Shown piece by piece: positions 1-9,550 of a DNA stretch of 64,000 bases. The position numbers and the translations under genes are program-made. The notes under the pieces were generated by a model that was not told where the DNA came from, did no database searches, and saw only the letters and a program-made list of their open reading frames with translations. Source of the DNA: an uncultured Chloroflexia bacterium. GTDB taxonomy: Bacteria > Chloroflexota > Limnocylindria > Limnocylindrales > CSP1-4. Within the stretch, counting starts at the first letter, position 1. Each line of letters begins with the position of its first letter. The stretch is from assembly GCA_963833535.1 (NCBI GenBank), contig CAWHYC010000007.1, positions 9,972-73,971 on the forward strand. The letters are read 5' to 3'.

Positions 1-51
1 CACTAGCCGCAGGGATGCTGACACCGCCCGGGCGCGGCCGCCGGATCGCGG

Positions 52-618
52 TCAGTCGGCGCAAGCCTCGTCGCTGGAGCGGCCCGCGCGCGCCAGCCCG
101 TCAAGGATATCGGCCAAGACCCGCACGAAGGCCGCCCGGTCCTCGGACGGGATGGCCGACAGGAAGTGCTCATCGACGCCGCGCATGTGCGTCGGTGAGG
201 CGGCCTGCAACCGCGCGTAGCCCGCCTCGGTCAGCATCGCGTAGGCGCCCCGCGCATCGGTCGAGCACGCCACTCGCTCCACGTAGCGATCAGCCTCGAG
301 GCGGTCGACCAGCCGGCTGATGCCACTTCGGGTCAGGATCATGCGATCCGCCAGCTCGCTCATGCGCAATCGCCGGCCGTCGGCATGGGCCAGCTGGATG
401 AGCGCCTCGTAGTCGGCCAGCGACATCGACTGCTCGGCCTCGAGCTCCGCCTCGAGCGCGCGCGAGACGGCCGCATGCGCTCGCAGGAAGACGACCCAGG
501 GCAGCAGGCGCGGGTCGATGCGTGCCATGAAGTCGTCGATGCCCTGTGGGGCGTGATCGTCGGCTCGCCCGATCGCGGCGTGGCTGATCTCAGCGGTGGG
601 GGCGTTGGCGGTCGTCAT
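52..618 (-). CDS. MarR family transcriptional regulator
   Basis: ORF 52..738(-). It carries a winged-helix block, LRMSELADRMILTRSGISRLVDRLEADRYVERV...DARGAYAMLTEAG. Start trimmed to ATG at 618 (MTTANAP...) because the 40 upstream codons overlap the tail of the neighbouring gene. Confidence 0.8.
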   Translation of the reverse strand: MTTANAPTAEISHAAIGRADDHAPQGIDDFMARIDPRLLPWVVFLRAHAAVSRALEAELEAEQSMSLADYEALIQLAHADGRRLRMSELADRMILTRSGISRLVDRLEADRYVERVACSTDARGAYAMLTEAGYARLQAASPTHMRGVDEHFLSAIPSEDRAAFVRVLADILDGLARAGRSSDEACAD

Positions 619-3560
619 GTCGGCGGCATGATACGCGCCGCGACCGTTGGTTGCCAGCGCAACGAACGCGTGAGCGTGGCGGGCGACCGCGCCAACCTCG
701 TGGTCAGTGCCCAGGGCCATCGTCCGGCGGGGCACCACGTTCGGGTTTGGACGTTCGCCTCGGCTTCGGGACGGGCTTCGGGGCCGCGTCGCCCTTGCTC
801 GGTGACGTCGTCGCCCGCCGAGGCGTTCGTCGCGTGGGTTTCGTGCCGGGCGCCACGGGTGGGCCGGCTGGCGCCTCGGTCATCCCCGGTGCAGCCGCAT
901 CGGGCGATAGCGAACCATCTGGCGACGGGGCAGGCTCGCGTGCCGTGCGCCACTCGGCGCGGATGCCCTCGACGGCCTCTTCGACCGATGGCACGGTCCC
1001 GTCCCAACCGATGCGAGCCGCGAGCTCGCCGAGGGCGCCGTCGCTGTCGTGGACGATGCGCCAGTCGAGCAGGCACGCGGCGTTCATAGGCACGCAGCGA
1101 GACAGCGAAGCCGTCGTGGTGCAGGCCGGCGCAGCTGCGCAGGCCTTCGCGGCCGGAGACAAGGTCGCTGAAGATGGCCCAGGCGGCGTCGTCTCGCGGC
1201 AGGCCTAGGGCGTCAGCCAGCGACTGCTGTTCGAGAAGGCGACCCCCGTCGGACCGCCGAGAGGCCGGCGCCGACGTGCGCAGGCTGCCCTCAGCTTCGG
1301 CGTAGCGGCTGTGGACGAGGACCAGGGCACGCTCGTCGCCGTCGCGGTTGCTGAACGCGAACACATCCTCGGCCACGCCGTCGGCCGTCTCCAGGTCGTA
1401 GAGACGGAATTCGCGCGCCTCGGCGAACAGGCGCCGCCGGTGCAGCAGCGGGAAGATCTCCCGCTCGTGGCGTTCGATCAGCCAGCGCTTCGGCTCCTCG
1501 TGCCAGCGGGCGCGCCGGAACTCCATGCCGTACTTCTCGGCGTAACCCTCGATCTGCCCGTGGCCGAACATCGGCAACCCGGGCAGGGTGGCCATCAGCG
1601 TGGCGGCACAGAAGTAGCGATCGTCGTCGCCGAACTGGTCTACGGCCGTCCGCTCGTCCGGGTTGTTGAGGAAGTTGACGAACCGCTTGAGGACCTCGGG
1701 ATCGAAGGCCAGCGTTTCCTTGATCAGTGCCCGGTACTCCTCGTTGCGTTCGTCACGCAGCATGTGCATGAAGGCGCTGTTGTAGACGCGGTGCATGCCC
1801 AGGCTGCGCACGAAGTAGCCCTCCAGCATCCAGAACGCCTCGGCCAGCAGGAGCGTGTCGGGCGCCTCGGCCGCCACCCGGTCGACGACCTCGCGCCAGA
1901 ACTCGCGGGGCATGGCCCGCGCGAACGTCGCATTGGAGATGCCGTAGCCGACGCGTGTCGGGATCGCGTCGCCCGGTCCACCCGGCGGGGGATACCAGAG
2001 GCGCTGGATGTGCTTGCGGGCAAGGGTCATGGCGGCATCGAAGCGGATGATCGGGAAGCGCTTTGCGACGTCGAGGATCGTCGCCATGACCGCCTCGCGG
2101 ACCTCCGACCTGAGGTAGTCGAGCTGCGCGGTGTCGTTCCAGGGCATGCTCGTGCCGTCGTTGCCGTGATAGATGTAGCGCGTCTCGCCACTGCCGCGGT
2201 CCACGCGCTGGAAGACGACGGCGGCGTCCGTCCGATCCCAGTAGCCGTCCTCGATGCGGATCGAGACGCGGTCATCGCGCGAGATGTCCGGGCCGCTGAA
2301 CCGGTAGCCCGGGATGGGCGAAACGGGCAGCGCCAGGAAGCGCTCCGGGTGCTCGATGACCCAGCGCGAATCGAGGCCCATGTGGTTGGGGACCATGTCG
2401 CTGGCGAGGCGGATGCCGCGGCGCATGGCCCGCTCGCCGAGGTCGTGGAGGGCGGCCTCGCCGCCGAGGTCGTCGGCGATCCGGTAGTCGTCGAGGGAGT
2501 AGGCGGAGGCGACCGCATCATGGTCGCCGGCCATGTGCTTGATCTCGGCCGAGGCGTGGCTGCGTTGCCAGAGCCCGATCAGCCAGAGGCCGGTGATGCC
2601 CTGGGCGCCCAGGGTCGCGAGCTCCTCGTCCGGGATGGCATCCAACGTCCGGATCTCGCGGCCGTAGGCCTTGGACAGCTGGTCGAGCCAGACATAGGTG
2701 GACTTGGCGATGAGCACGACGCGCGGCATCCAGTCGCGGTCATCCGAGAAGCGCTCCTCGTCCGTCTCGTCGTCGGGCCCCCGGATGCCGAGATGCGGAT
2801 CGGCGTTGTCGCCGCCGCCGGCGCCGGTCGCCCAGCGCAGCCGCAGGGCGTGGTCCTGCTCGGCCATCAGGTCGAGCGCCAGCTGGAGGACATCGAGCAG
2901 GTCACCAAGGAGCGGGCCCCAGTGGTCCCGGATCAGCCGCAGCTGCGCGCCCAGCGAGTGCGGCGCCTCGCGTATCGGGGCCCGAAGGACGTCCATCAGG
3001 TCGATGCGCCGGCCCTCGATGCCCGACGGGCCGCTGACGGCCAGGTGCTCCGCGAAGGCCTCGGTGACCGCGGCCAGGACGGGTGGCTCGGGCGTGGGCT
3101 CGACGTACAGGACGCGGTAGGGGATGAGCGCCGGGTTGTCCGCGGCGACCATGGCGATGACCGCCTCCTCGAGGCCATTCGCCCGCGCCATGGGGTCATC
3201 CAGTTCTGCATCGAGCGTCCGCGTACCGTCGACGACCGCGAGCGGCGGGTTTCGCTCGCTGAAGGCACGCAGGCCGTCGAGCAGGCGGTCGGTGCCCAGG
3301 CTGCGGTCGGTGTCGGCCGCAGCGCGCGCGACCGCGCCTTCCGGGCCGGAGCCGCCGAGCACCGACAGCAGCCGGTGCTGCGCCTCGTGGAGCATGCCGG
3401 CCGCGAGGAGCTCGCCGGCATCGACGTCGATGGTGTCGGCCAGCTCGCGCACGGCGACGAGGTCGACACGCGCGGTCGTCCCGTCGACCTCGAAGAGGGT
3501 TCCGGGCACGTCGAACGTGCGGCGAGCCGTCCGCGACAGCCGATACTCGTGACGGGTCAT
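615..3560 (-). CDS. alpha-amylase family (GH13-like) glycosyl hydrolase, probable frame change near the 3' end
   Basis: 981-aa ORF with a central block GITGLWLIGLWQRS...RGIRLASDMVPNHMGLDSRWV...RFDAAMTL...LLAEAFW typical of GH13 catalytic domains. The last ~150 codons of this frame are Arg/Pro-rich and non-protein-like. The overlapping frame 704..1162(-) reads protein-like (CLLDWRIVHDSDGALGELAARIGWDG), which suggests a 1-nt indel near 1078 and a true stop at 704. Confidence 0.75.
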   Translation of the reverse strand: MTRHEYRLSRTARRTFDVPGTLFEVDGTTARVDLVAVRELADTIDVDAGELLAAGMLHEAQHRLLSVLGGSGPEGAVARAAADTDRSLGTDRLLDGLRAFSERNPPLAVVDGTRTLDAELDDPMARANGLEEAVIAMVAADNPALIPYRVLYVEPTPEPPVLAAVTEAFAEHLAVSGPSGIEGRRIDLMDVLRAPIREAPHSLGAQLRLIRDHWGPLLGDLLDVLQLALDLMAEQDHALRLRWATGAGGGDNADPHLGIRGPDDETDEERFSDDRDWMPRVVLIAKSTYVWLDQLSKAYGREIRTLDAIPDEELATLGAQGITGLWLIGLWQRSHASAEIKHMAGDHDAVASAYSLDDYRIADDLGGEAALHDLGERAMRRGIRLASDMVPNHMGLDSRWVIEHPERFLALPVSPIPGYRFSGPDISRDDRVSIRIEDGYWDRTDAAVVFQRVDRGSGETRYIYHGNDGTSMPWNDTAQLDYLRSEVREAVMATILDVAKRFPIIRFDAAMTLARKHIQRLWYPPPGGPGDAIPTRVGYGISNATFARAMPREFWREVVDRVAAEAPDTLLLAEAFWMLEGYFVRSLGMHRVYNSAFMHMLRDERNEEYRALIKETLAFDPEVLKRFVNFLNNPDERTAVDQFGDDDRYFCAATLMATLPGLPMFGHGQIEGYAEKYGMEFRRARWHEEPKRWLIERHEREIFPLLHRRRLFAEAREFRLYDLETADGVAEDVFAFSNRDGDERALVLVHSRYAEAEGSLRTSAPASRRSDGGRLLEQQSLADALGLPRDDAAWAIFSDLVSGREGLRSCAGLHHDGFAVSLRAYERRVPARLAHRPRQRRRPRRARGSHRLGRDRAIGRRGRRGHPRRVAHGTRACPVARWFAIARCGCTGDDRGASRPTRGARHETHATNASAGDDVTEQGRRGPEARPEAEANVQTRTWCPAGRWPWALTTRLARSPATLTRSLRWQPTVAARIMPPT

Positions 3561-3608
3561 GGGACCGACTCTACAACGCGCGTCGCGCGTCGGATGATCG
3601 GGCGCGGG

Positions 3609-4728
3609 TCAGGCGCCGGCTTCGGTCGCCGCGATCGAGAGGTTCGTGAGCCCCTCGGTCAGGCGCTCGATGGTCGGCCAGCCATAACCCAGCCGGAAGT
3701 GCCGGCGCGGCTGGTCGAACCAGTGGCCCGGCCCGACGAGCGTGCCGTGGCGCTCGAAGAGCCCGGCATAGAAGGCATCGACGTCGAGGTCCACGTCGGG
3801 ACGGAAACGCGGGAAGCCGACCACGCCGCCGCGCGGCTCGATCCACTCGAATCGGTCATCCGCGGCGAGCCAGGCGCGCACGTGGTCGAGCGCGGTCGCG
3901 ATGCCCGTTCGGATCGGCGGCAGCAACTCGTCGCGGCGTCGCAGCGCCTCGTAGCCGATCGCTTCGTCGACGACCGAGCCGGTGATCAGGATCTGCTCCT
4001 TGGCGGCCAGGAAGCGCTCCATCAGGGCGCGGTCCCGACAGGTGATCCAGCCGAGGCGGATGCCGGGCAAGCCGAACGACTTGGAGAGGCTCGAGACGCC
4101 GATGGCGCGTTCGGACCGAGCAGCGATGAGCGCGAGCGGACCGTCGAAGGCCATCTCGCGGTAGGTCTCATCGACCAGCAGGCGCGCCCGCGGGTGCGCC
4201 TCGACCATGGCGACGATCTCGCGCATCGTCGGCTCGTCGATGACCTGGCCTGTCGGGTTGTGCGGGCTGGTCAGGCTGACCAGTCGGGTGTCGGGTGTCA
4301 GCAGGCTCGCGCAGACGGTCGGGGTCGACTCGCCAGCCGTCTTCATGCTGCAAGTCCAGCATGGCGACGTCGGCGCCGATGGCGCGCGGCGTCTCGAGGT
4401 TGGTGGCGTAGTTCGGCCGCGCGACGATGACGCGACTGCGGGGTCCGAGGAGTGTGGTGGCCACGATGAATAGGGCCGCGGCCGCGCCGGGCAACAGGAG
4501 CACATCGTCCTCGCTCAGGCCATCACCGTCCGCGGCGACGAGGGCGCGCAGGCCCGGATGGCCAGCATGGTCGCCGTACATCAGGACCAGCTCGTCGAGC
4601 GCCAGGTCGAGGTCGTCCAGGCGCATGTCGGCCACCGAGCTCTCGGCCAGATTGCTGCGGATCCGCTCGTAGCCGAGCTGCTCCGGCGACTCGACCTCGA
4701 TGGCCAGGCGCCGATAGTCGATGGCCAT
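3609..4728 (-). pseudogene. class I/II PLP-dependent aminotransferase split by one frame change
   Basis: ORF 4168..4728(-) gives the N-terminal half (LLPGAAAALFIVATTLL...ARPNYATNLE...DGWRVDPD). ORF 3609..4505(-) gives the C-terminal half (LVSLTSPHNPTGQV...SSLSKSFGLPGIRLGWI). The two frames join near 4318. Confidence 0.75.
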
Positions 4729-4743
4729 GACGCGGGTGGTCTG

Positions 4744-5943
4744 CTAGGTCTGGATCTCGGCCGGATCCGGCGAAGGTTTCGGAGCGCGGAAGCGGATCGG
4801 CGTTCGGGGTTGGATGAACTGCGCGGCCGCGGTGTCCGGGTCGGGCGGGTCATCGCCCAGGCGGACGTACAGGTAGCTGATGATGTCCCGCCCGGCCACG
4901 ATGAACGGGATCGAGATCAACGCGCCGACCAGTCCGGCCACCGCGAAGCCAAGGATGAGCACCATCATGACCAGCGCCGGGTGCAGGTTGACGGCCGCGT
5001 TCTGGACCTTTGGCGTGACGATCGAGCCCTCGACCTGGGACAGCACGCCGTACAGGATCGCGACCCCGATGACCGCCTGGGGGCCGATCGAGAAGGCGAT
5101 CAGGAGCGCCGGGATGACGGCGATGAAGATGCCGATGATCGGCAGCACCTCCATGATCCCCGCGACCAGGGCGAGGAAGATGGCGTATTGGAAGAAGACC
5201 GGCGAGATGAGCACGCCGAGGAGGAGGATGCCGACGAAGACCATCGACGCCATGACGATGCTCTCGACGGCGATGCCGCGAACGTAGCCGCCGACGCGGT
5301 CATTGAAGATGCGGACGGTCGAGAAGACGTCGGCGCGCCACATCTCCGGGATGGCGCTGCCGACGCCTTGTTCGAGCTTGCCGGCGTCCATCAGCACGTA
5401 GAAGGTGAAGAAGGGGACGACGGCCAGGCTGACGAGCACGGCGGCAGCGCCGAAGACCGTCTCGGCGGCCGGAATGAGGCTCGTGAACTGGAAGCCCGCC
5501 TGGATGGACTGGATGGCGACCAGCGCCTTGGTCGCCAAGTCCTGGATCGCATTGGGCAGGTTCAAGCTGTCCAGGTTCGCCTGGGCATTGTCGATGAAGG
5601 CAGGCAGCGCTTTGAGGTAGGTCACGACCTGGTCGATGAGCGGCTGCAGGATCAAAAAGGTCAGGCCGACGACCGCCACCACCAGGATGATCATCGACAA
5701 GCAGGACGACAGGACCGGGCTCCAGCCGCGCTTGCCCCCCGGCCGCCAGCCGTGGACGGCCAGCCAGCGCACGACCGGCGACAGGACGTAGACCAGCACG
5801 ATGCCGATGGCGAACGGCATCAGGCCGTCGCGTGCCAGGTAGAGCAGCACCAGGATGGCCGTGATGGCGACCACGATGAGGACGGTTCGTGGCGTCGGCG
5901 GCCGGAGCCGTCGCATGTGCTCGGCCGGCGTCATGTCGGTCAT
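4744..5943 (-). CDS. AI-2E family transporter (PerM/UPF0118-like permease)
   Basis: 399-aa ORF with multiple TM helices and family-typical segments (FAIGIVLVYVLSPVV..., FFTFYVLMDAGKL, VLPIIGIFIAVIPALLIAF). Confidence 0.8.
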   Translation of the reverse strand: MTDMTPAEHMRRLRPPTPRTVLIVVAITAILVLLYLARDGLMPFAIGIVLVYVLSPVVRWLAVHGWRPGGKRGWSPVLSSCLSMIILVVAVVGLTFLILQPLIDQVVTYLKALPAFIDNAQANLDSLNLPNAIQDLATKALVAIQSIQAGFQFTSLIPAAETVFGAAAVLVSLAVVPFFTFYVLMDAGKLEQGVGSAIPEMWRADVFSTVRIFNDRVGGYVRGIAVESIVMASMVFVGILLLGVLISPVFFQYAIFLALVAGIMEVLPIIGIFIAVIPALLIAFSIGPQAVIGVAILYGVLSQVEGSIVTPKVQNAAVNLHPALVMMVLILGFAVAGLVGALISIPFIVAGRDIISYLYVRLGDDPPDPDTAAAQFIQPRTPIRFRAPKPSPDPAEIQT

Positions 5944-6389
5944 CAGGTCGGCCGCTGCTCGAGTGCGCGGATCTTGTCGATGCGGCGCTGGTGGCGCCCG
6001 CCTTGGTACCGGCCGTCCATGAAGGCCTCCACGCAGGCCCTGGCGAGCTCGGTACCCACGATCCGAGTGCCCATCGACAGGACGTTGGCGTCATTATGTT
6101 CACGCCCGAGGCGCACCGTCACGGGGTCCGACGCGACCACGCAGCGGATGCCGCGGATCTTGTTGGCCACGATGCCCTCTCCGGTGCCGCTGCCGCCGAG
6201 CACGATGCCCCGCTCGCAGTCACCCGCTGCCACGGCTCGAGCGGCCGGCGCGATGATGTCAGGGTAGTCCACTGGCGCCGTCGAATCCGTGCCGAAGTCG
6301 ACGGGCTCATGGCCCAGCGCGACGAGCCACTCGATGATCGGGCCCTTGAGCAGGAAGCCGGCGTGATCGCTGGCGACGGCGACGCGCAT
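5943..6389 (-). CDS. rpiB: ribose-5-phosphate isomerase B
   Basis: 148-aa ORF, MRVAVASDHAGF...VDYPD...GIVLGGSGTGEGIVANKIRGIRC...HNDANVLSMG, the RpiB/LacAB signature. Confidence 0.9.
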   Translation of the reverse strand: MRVAVASDHAGFLLKGPIIEWLVALGHEPVDFGTDSTAPVDYPDIIAPAARAVAAGDCERGIVLGGSGTGEGIVANKIRGIRCVVASDPVTVRLGREHNDANVLSMGTRIVGTELARACVEAFMDGRYQGGRHQRRIDKIRALEQRPT

Positions 6390-6398
6390 CCCGATGCC

Positions 6399-7171
6399 TC
6401 AGCCCACGCGCCGGTCGAAGGCGCCGCTGCGTCGATCGCCGCCCTCGGATGCCCTCGCCTCGGCGGCGCGGATGCGCGAGGTGACGAAGATCTCGGCAGC
6501 CTCGTCGACGTCGTCGGTCACCCGCAGCAGGCTGAGGTCAGCGCGCCCGATGTTCTCGGCGCCGACGACGGTCTTGCCAAGCCAGGCCAGCAGGCCGTTC
6601 CAGTAGTCCGAGCCGATGAGGACGATCGGGAAAGTGCTCGATCTTGCCGGTCTGGACGAGCGTCACCGACTCGAATAGCTCGTCGAGGGTGCCGAAGCCG
6701 CCGGGGAAGATGACGAAGCCCTGCGCGTACTTGACGAACATGGTCTTGCGCACGAAGAAGTAGCGGAAGGTGATGTCGAGGTCGAGATAGGGGTTGTTGG
6801 ATTGCTCGTGGGGCAGCTCGATGGAGCAGCCGACGGAGTAGCCGCCGGCTTCCTGGCAGCCCCGGTTGGCGGCCTCCATGATGCCCGGGCCGCCGCCCGT
6901 GATGACCGTGAAGCCATCATCGGCCAGTCGCGCACCGAGTCGCCTGGCGGCGGCGTACGAAGGGTCGTCGGTGCCGGTCCGAGCCGATCCGAAGACGCGT
7001 CACCGCGGGGCCGAGTCGGGCCAGGGCATCGAAGCCGTCGACGAACTCGCCGACGATGCGCAGGGCGCGCCAGGCGTCCGTCTCGAGGAACGACGTGTCG
7101 GCGTACGGGACGGCCTGGAGGAGCTTGCGATCCTCGGTCCGCCGGTCGCGCTTGGGTGGGCGGTCGGTCAC
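6399..7171 (-). pseudogene. LOG family (TIGR00730) nucleotide phosphoribohydrolase with two frame changes
   Basis: Three minus-strand frames each carry one consecutive piece. Piece 1: DTSFLETDAWRALRIVGEFVDGFDALARLGPAVT (frame of ORF 6917..7390). Piece 2: GGPGIMEAANRGCQEAGGYSVGCSIELPHEQ...PGGFGTLDELFE...LVQTGKIEHFP (ORF 6538..6879). Piece 3: an unlisted frame reading IVLIGSDYWNGLLAWLGK...RVG-stop, ending at 6399. The junctions are near 6997 and 6628. The GTG start at 7171 is tentative. Confidence 0.7.
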
Positions 7172-7249
7172 CAGCGCAGCATAGCCGGGCGAAGGACCAG
7201 CGGGCGACAGCTCGAGGGCGGGCCGAGCGTTGGGGATCGTGATTGATCT

Positions 7250-7266
7250 ATACTGGGAGGGAGTAT
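7250..7266. promoter_or_regulatory. ATACT-N7-AGTAT palindrome in the divergent LOG / YHS intergenic region
   Basis: Sequence ATACTGGGAGGGAGTAT. It contains TATACT (plus, 7249-7254) and GATACT (minus, 7266-7261) -10-like hexamers. It shares the GGGAGTAT octamer with the Cu ATPase site at 52905..52921. Confidence 0.45.
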
Positions 7267-7310
7267 CAATCGCGCGGTCCGAGGGGCCGCCAATTGGAGG
7301 GTCAGCGCCC

Positions 7311-7481
7311 ATGGCCATCGCCGTCGATCCCGTCTGCGGCATGGAGGTCGAGATAGAGGGTGCGCTGCTCACCTTCGAGTACCAGGGCACTACGTACTAC
7401 TTCTGCAGCAAGGGCTGCCTGCTCGACTTCAAGGACGACCCCGAGCACTACCTGCCGCACGACGAGGCGCCGACGGGCTGA
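7311..7481 (+). CDS. YHS domain (TRASH-type metal-binding) protein
   Basis: MAIAVDPVCGMEV...YYFCSKGCLLDFKDDPEHY. The ATG at 7311 is preceded by GGAGGG. The listed ORF begins at TTG 7230, but that part overlaps the promoter-like palindrome. Confidence 0.8.
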   Translation: MAIAVDPVCGMEVEIEGALLTFEYQGTTYYFCSKGCLLDFKDDPEHYLPHDEAPTG

Positions 7482-7609
7482 TCCACACGGTCCCGCGCCC
7501 AGCCCGAGATACGTGCGAAGTAAGTCGGCGGGAACCGCGAGCGCAGGAGCGTCGGCTACGGTCGACTTCCTGGTCCGATCAGTGTCGGTCGGCGGACGCG
7601 GAGGTCACG

Positions 7610-7759
7610 ATGCTCGCCTTGCTGTCAACCGCTCGGCGGCCTGCTGTGATGGTGCTGCTGCTCGTGGTGGTCGCGCTCATGATCGTGGGCCTCTACCTAG
7701 CCGGCCAGGCGCTGGACGACGTCGGCAGCTGGCGGTGGGCAAGCGGCCGTCCCGCCTGA
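7610..7759 (+). CDS. candidate 49-aa single-TM small protein (below the ORF-track cut-off)
   Basis: ATG at 7610 lies 5 nt after GGAGG. Translation is MLALLSTARRPAVMVLLLVVVALMIVGLYLAGQALDDVGSWRWASGRPA, with G/C-rich third positions. It lies directly downstream of the YHS gene. Confidence 0.35.
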   Translation: MLALLSTARRPAVMVLLLVVVALMIVGLYLAGQALDDVGSWRWASGRPA

Positions 7760-7762
7760 TCG

Positions 7763-8569
7763 TCAGCGTCGCGACCCGGCCAACCATCCGGAGTCGGAGG
7801 CGATCCGTGTCGCGATATAGACGGGGATGGCGGACAACAGGATGGCCACCACGCCGGCCACGTTGACGACGGGGACCTGGTTGGCAAGGCGGAAGCTCTG
7901 GAAGATCCAGATGGGCAGGGTCTTGACGCCGCCGGCCGTGAAGATGGTCACGATGACCTCATCGAACGACAACGCGAACGCCAGCAGTGCACCCGCCAGC
8001 AGGGACGTCCGGATGGCCGGGAAGGTGACGTAGCGGAACGTCTGGAGGGTGTCGGCTGCAAGGTCGGCGGATGCTTCTTCGAGCGAAACTGATGTCCGAC
8101 GAAGCCGCGCGATCGCATTGTTGTAGACGAGCACGATGCAAAAGGTGGCGTGGCCGATCACGATGGCGAAGTAGCCGAGGGAGATCCCCAGCCGCGCGAA
8201 GGTCGCGCTCAAGGCCATGCCCGTGATGATCCCGGGCAGCGCGAGCGGGAAGATGACGACGAAGCTGACGGCTTCGCGCCCGAAGAAGTGATGCCGGCTG
8301 ACCCCGAACGCTGCCAGCGTGCCGAGGAGGAGCGCGATGGCCGTGGCCCCCAGGGCGGCGACGATCGAGGTCAGGAATGCCTGTTGCAGGCCGGTGTTCT
8401 GGATCGCCTCTGCGTACCATCGGAACGACAGGCCCACGGGAGGCCAGACGGTCGTCGTCCCGGCGTTGAGGGAGTAGACGAAGATGAGCGTGATGGGTGC
8501 GTAGATGAACGCCAGGATGGCGATCGTCGTCAGTCGCAACCCGATCCGCAGTCCGCGCCCTCCGAGCAT
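7763..8569 (-). CDS. ABC transporter permease (PotC-like)
   Basis: Within ORF 7763..8926(-). The protein-like part starts at MLGGRGLRIG... Its start ATG shares one nucleotide with the upstream stop (TGATG). It has the EAA-type loop EEASADLAADTLQTFRYVTFP. Confidence 0.85.
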   Translation of the reverse strand: MLGGRGLRIGLRLTTIAILAFIYAPITLIFVYSLNAGTTTVWPPVGLSFRWYAEAIQNTGLQQAFLTSIVAALGATAIALLLGTLAAFGVSRHHFFGREAVSFVVIFPLALPGIITGMALSATFARLGISLGYFAIVIGHATFCIVLVYNNAIARLRRTSVSLEEASADLAADTLQTFRYVTFPAIRTSLLAGALLAFALSFDEVIVTIFTAGGVKTLPIWIFQSFRLANQVPVVNVAGVVAILLSAIPVYIATRIASDSGWLAGSRR

Positions 8570-9468
8570 CACAGCGCCTCGAACGCGCCCAGCTTGCGGG
8601 CAACGATGAGGTAGATGACGACGATGGTCAGTGGCACCAGGGCGAAGGCGGCAGCCAGCGGCAGGTTTCCGCCGGCACCCACGTTGGCGAAGATCAGGTT
8701 GCCGATGAACTGGGTGGTCGAGACGAGCTGTGGAGCGATGTAGTCGCCGAGGGTCAAGCTGAACGTGAAGATCGATCCCGCGACGACCGCGGGAAAGGCG
8801 AGCGGCAGGATCACGTGGCGGAAGGTTCGCCAGGATCGACCACCAAGGTCGGACGATGCCTCGATGAACGAGTTCGGGATCCGCTCGAGGCCGGCATAGA
8901 CCGGCAGGATCATGTACGGCAGCCACAGATACGTGAAGACCAGCCAGACGGCGAAGTCACCCTGGCCTGGCCCGCGGAGGCCGAAGGGCTCCAACGCCCA
9001 GTTGAGCACCCCTTCGTTGGCCAGGATGAGTCGCCACGAATAGACCTTGATGAGATAGCTCGCAAAGAGCGGCATGAGCACCAGGACGACGAGCAGGCTC
9101 CGGCCGCGAGGCGAGGCGACGCGAGCCATGTAGTAGGCGATGGGAAAGGCCAGCACGGCGCAGGCGACCGTCACGGCTGCCGCAGTGAGGAGCGTCCGGA
9201 GCGTGACCAGTGGATAGGGATCCCTGGTCAGGGCGATGAAGTTGTCGAGGGTCGGCGTATAGATGATGTGGCCCGTGAAGGCGTCTCGGGAGAAGAACGC
9301 ATTCGCGAACAGGAACGCCAGCGAGCCCAGGTAGAGCACGCCGAGCCAGCCCACCGGTCCTGCCAGCGTCAGCCCCAGCCGCCCGCGCGGGCGACGATGC
9401 AACCAGCCAGACGCGCGCCGGAAGGCCGAGTCTCGAGGGGGCGGGATCGGACGAGCGAGATCGGTCAC
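8569..9468 (-). CDS. ABC transporter permease (PotB-like)
   Basis: 299-aa ORF with six TM segments and the loop EASSDLGGRSWRTFRHVILP. Confidence 0.85.
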   Translation of the reverse strand: MTDLARPIPPPRDSAFRRASGWLHRRPRGRLGLTLAGPVGWLGVLYLGSLAFLFANAFFSRDAFTGHIIYTPTLDNFIALTRDPYPLVTLRTLLTAAAVTVACAVLAFPIAYYMARVASPRGRSLLVVLVLMPLFASYLIKVYSWRLILANEGVLNWALEPFGLRGPGQGDFAVWLVFTYLWLPYMILPVYAGLERIPNSFIEASSDLGGRSWRTFRHVILPLAFPAVVAGSIFTFSLTLGDYIAPQLVSTTQFIGNLIFANVGAGGNLPLAAAFALVPLTIVVIYLIVARKLGAFEAL

Positions 9469-9550
9469 GTCGCCGCGGGCGGCAGGAGGGACGGGCCCGG
9501 ATCCAGTCTTCGCGGACCCGGGCCCCCCTGGCGTGGCCGATGGCGCGCGA

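Noticed and set aside
1311-4430. Very long plus-strand ORF (1039 aa) and similar giants: 45857..47479(+), 34504..36282 (5' part), 14660..15823(-), 33932..35581 (5' part) and 62689..63963(-).
   Set aside because: They run antisense to, or out of frame with, genes that have clear family motifs. Their translations are Arg/Gly/Pro/Asp-rich with no motifs. Stop-free shadow frames like these are expected in DNA this GC-rich.
7230-7310. TTG 7230 as the start of the YHS protein (83-aa version).
   Set aside because: The extension covers the promoter-like palindrome and has no conserved look, whereas ATG 7311 has a strong GGAGGG site and begins right at the YHS motif.
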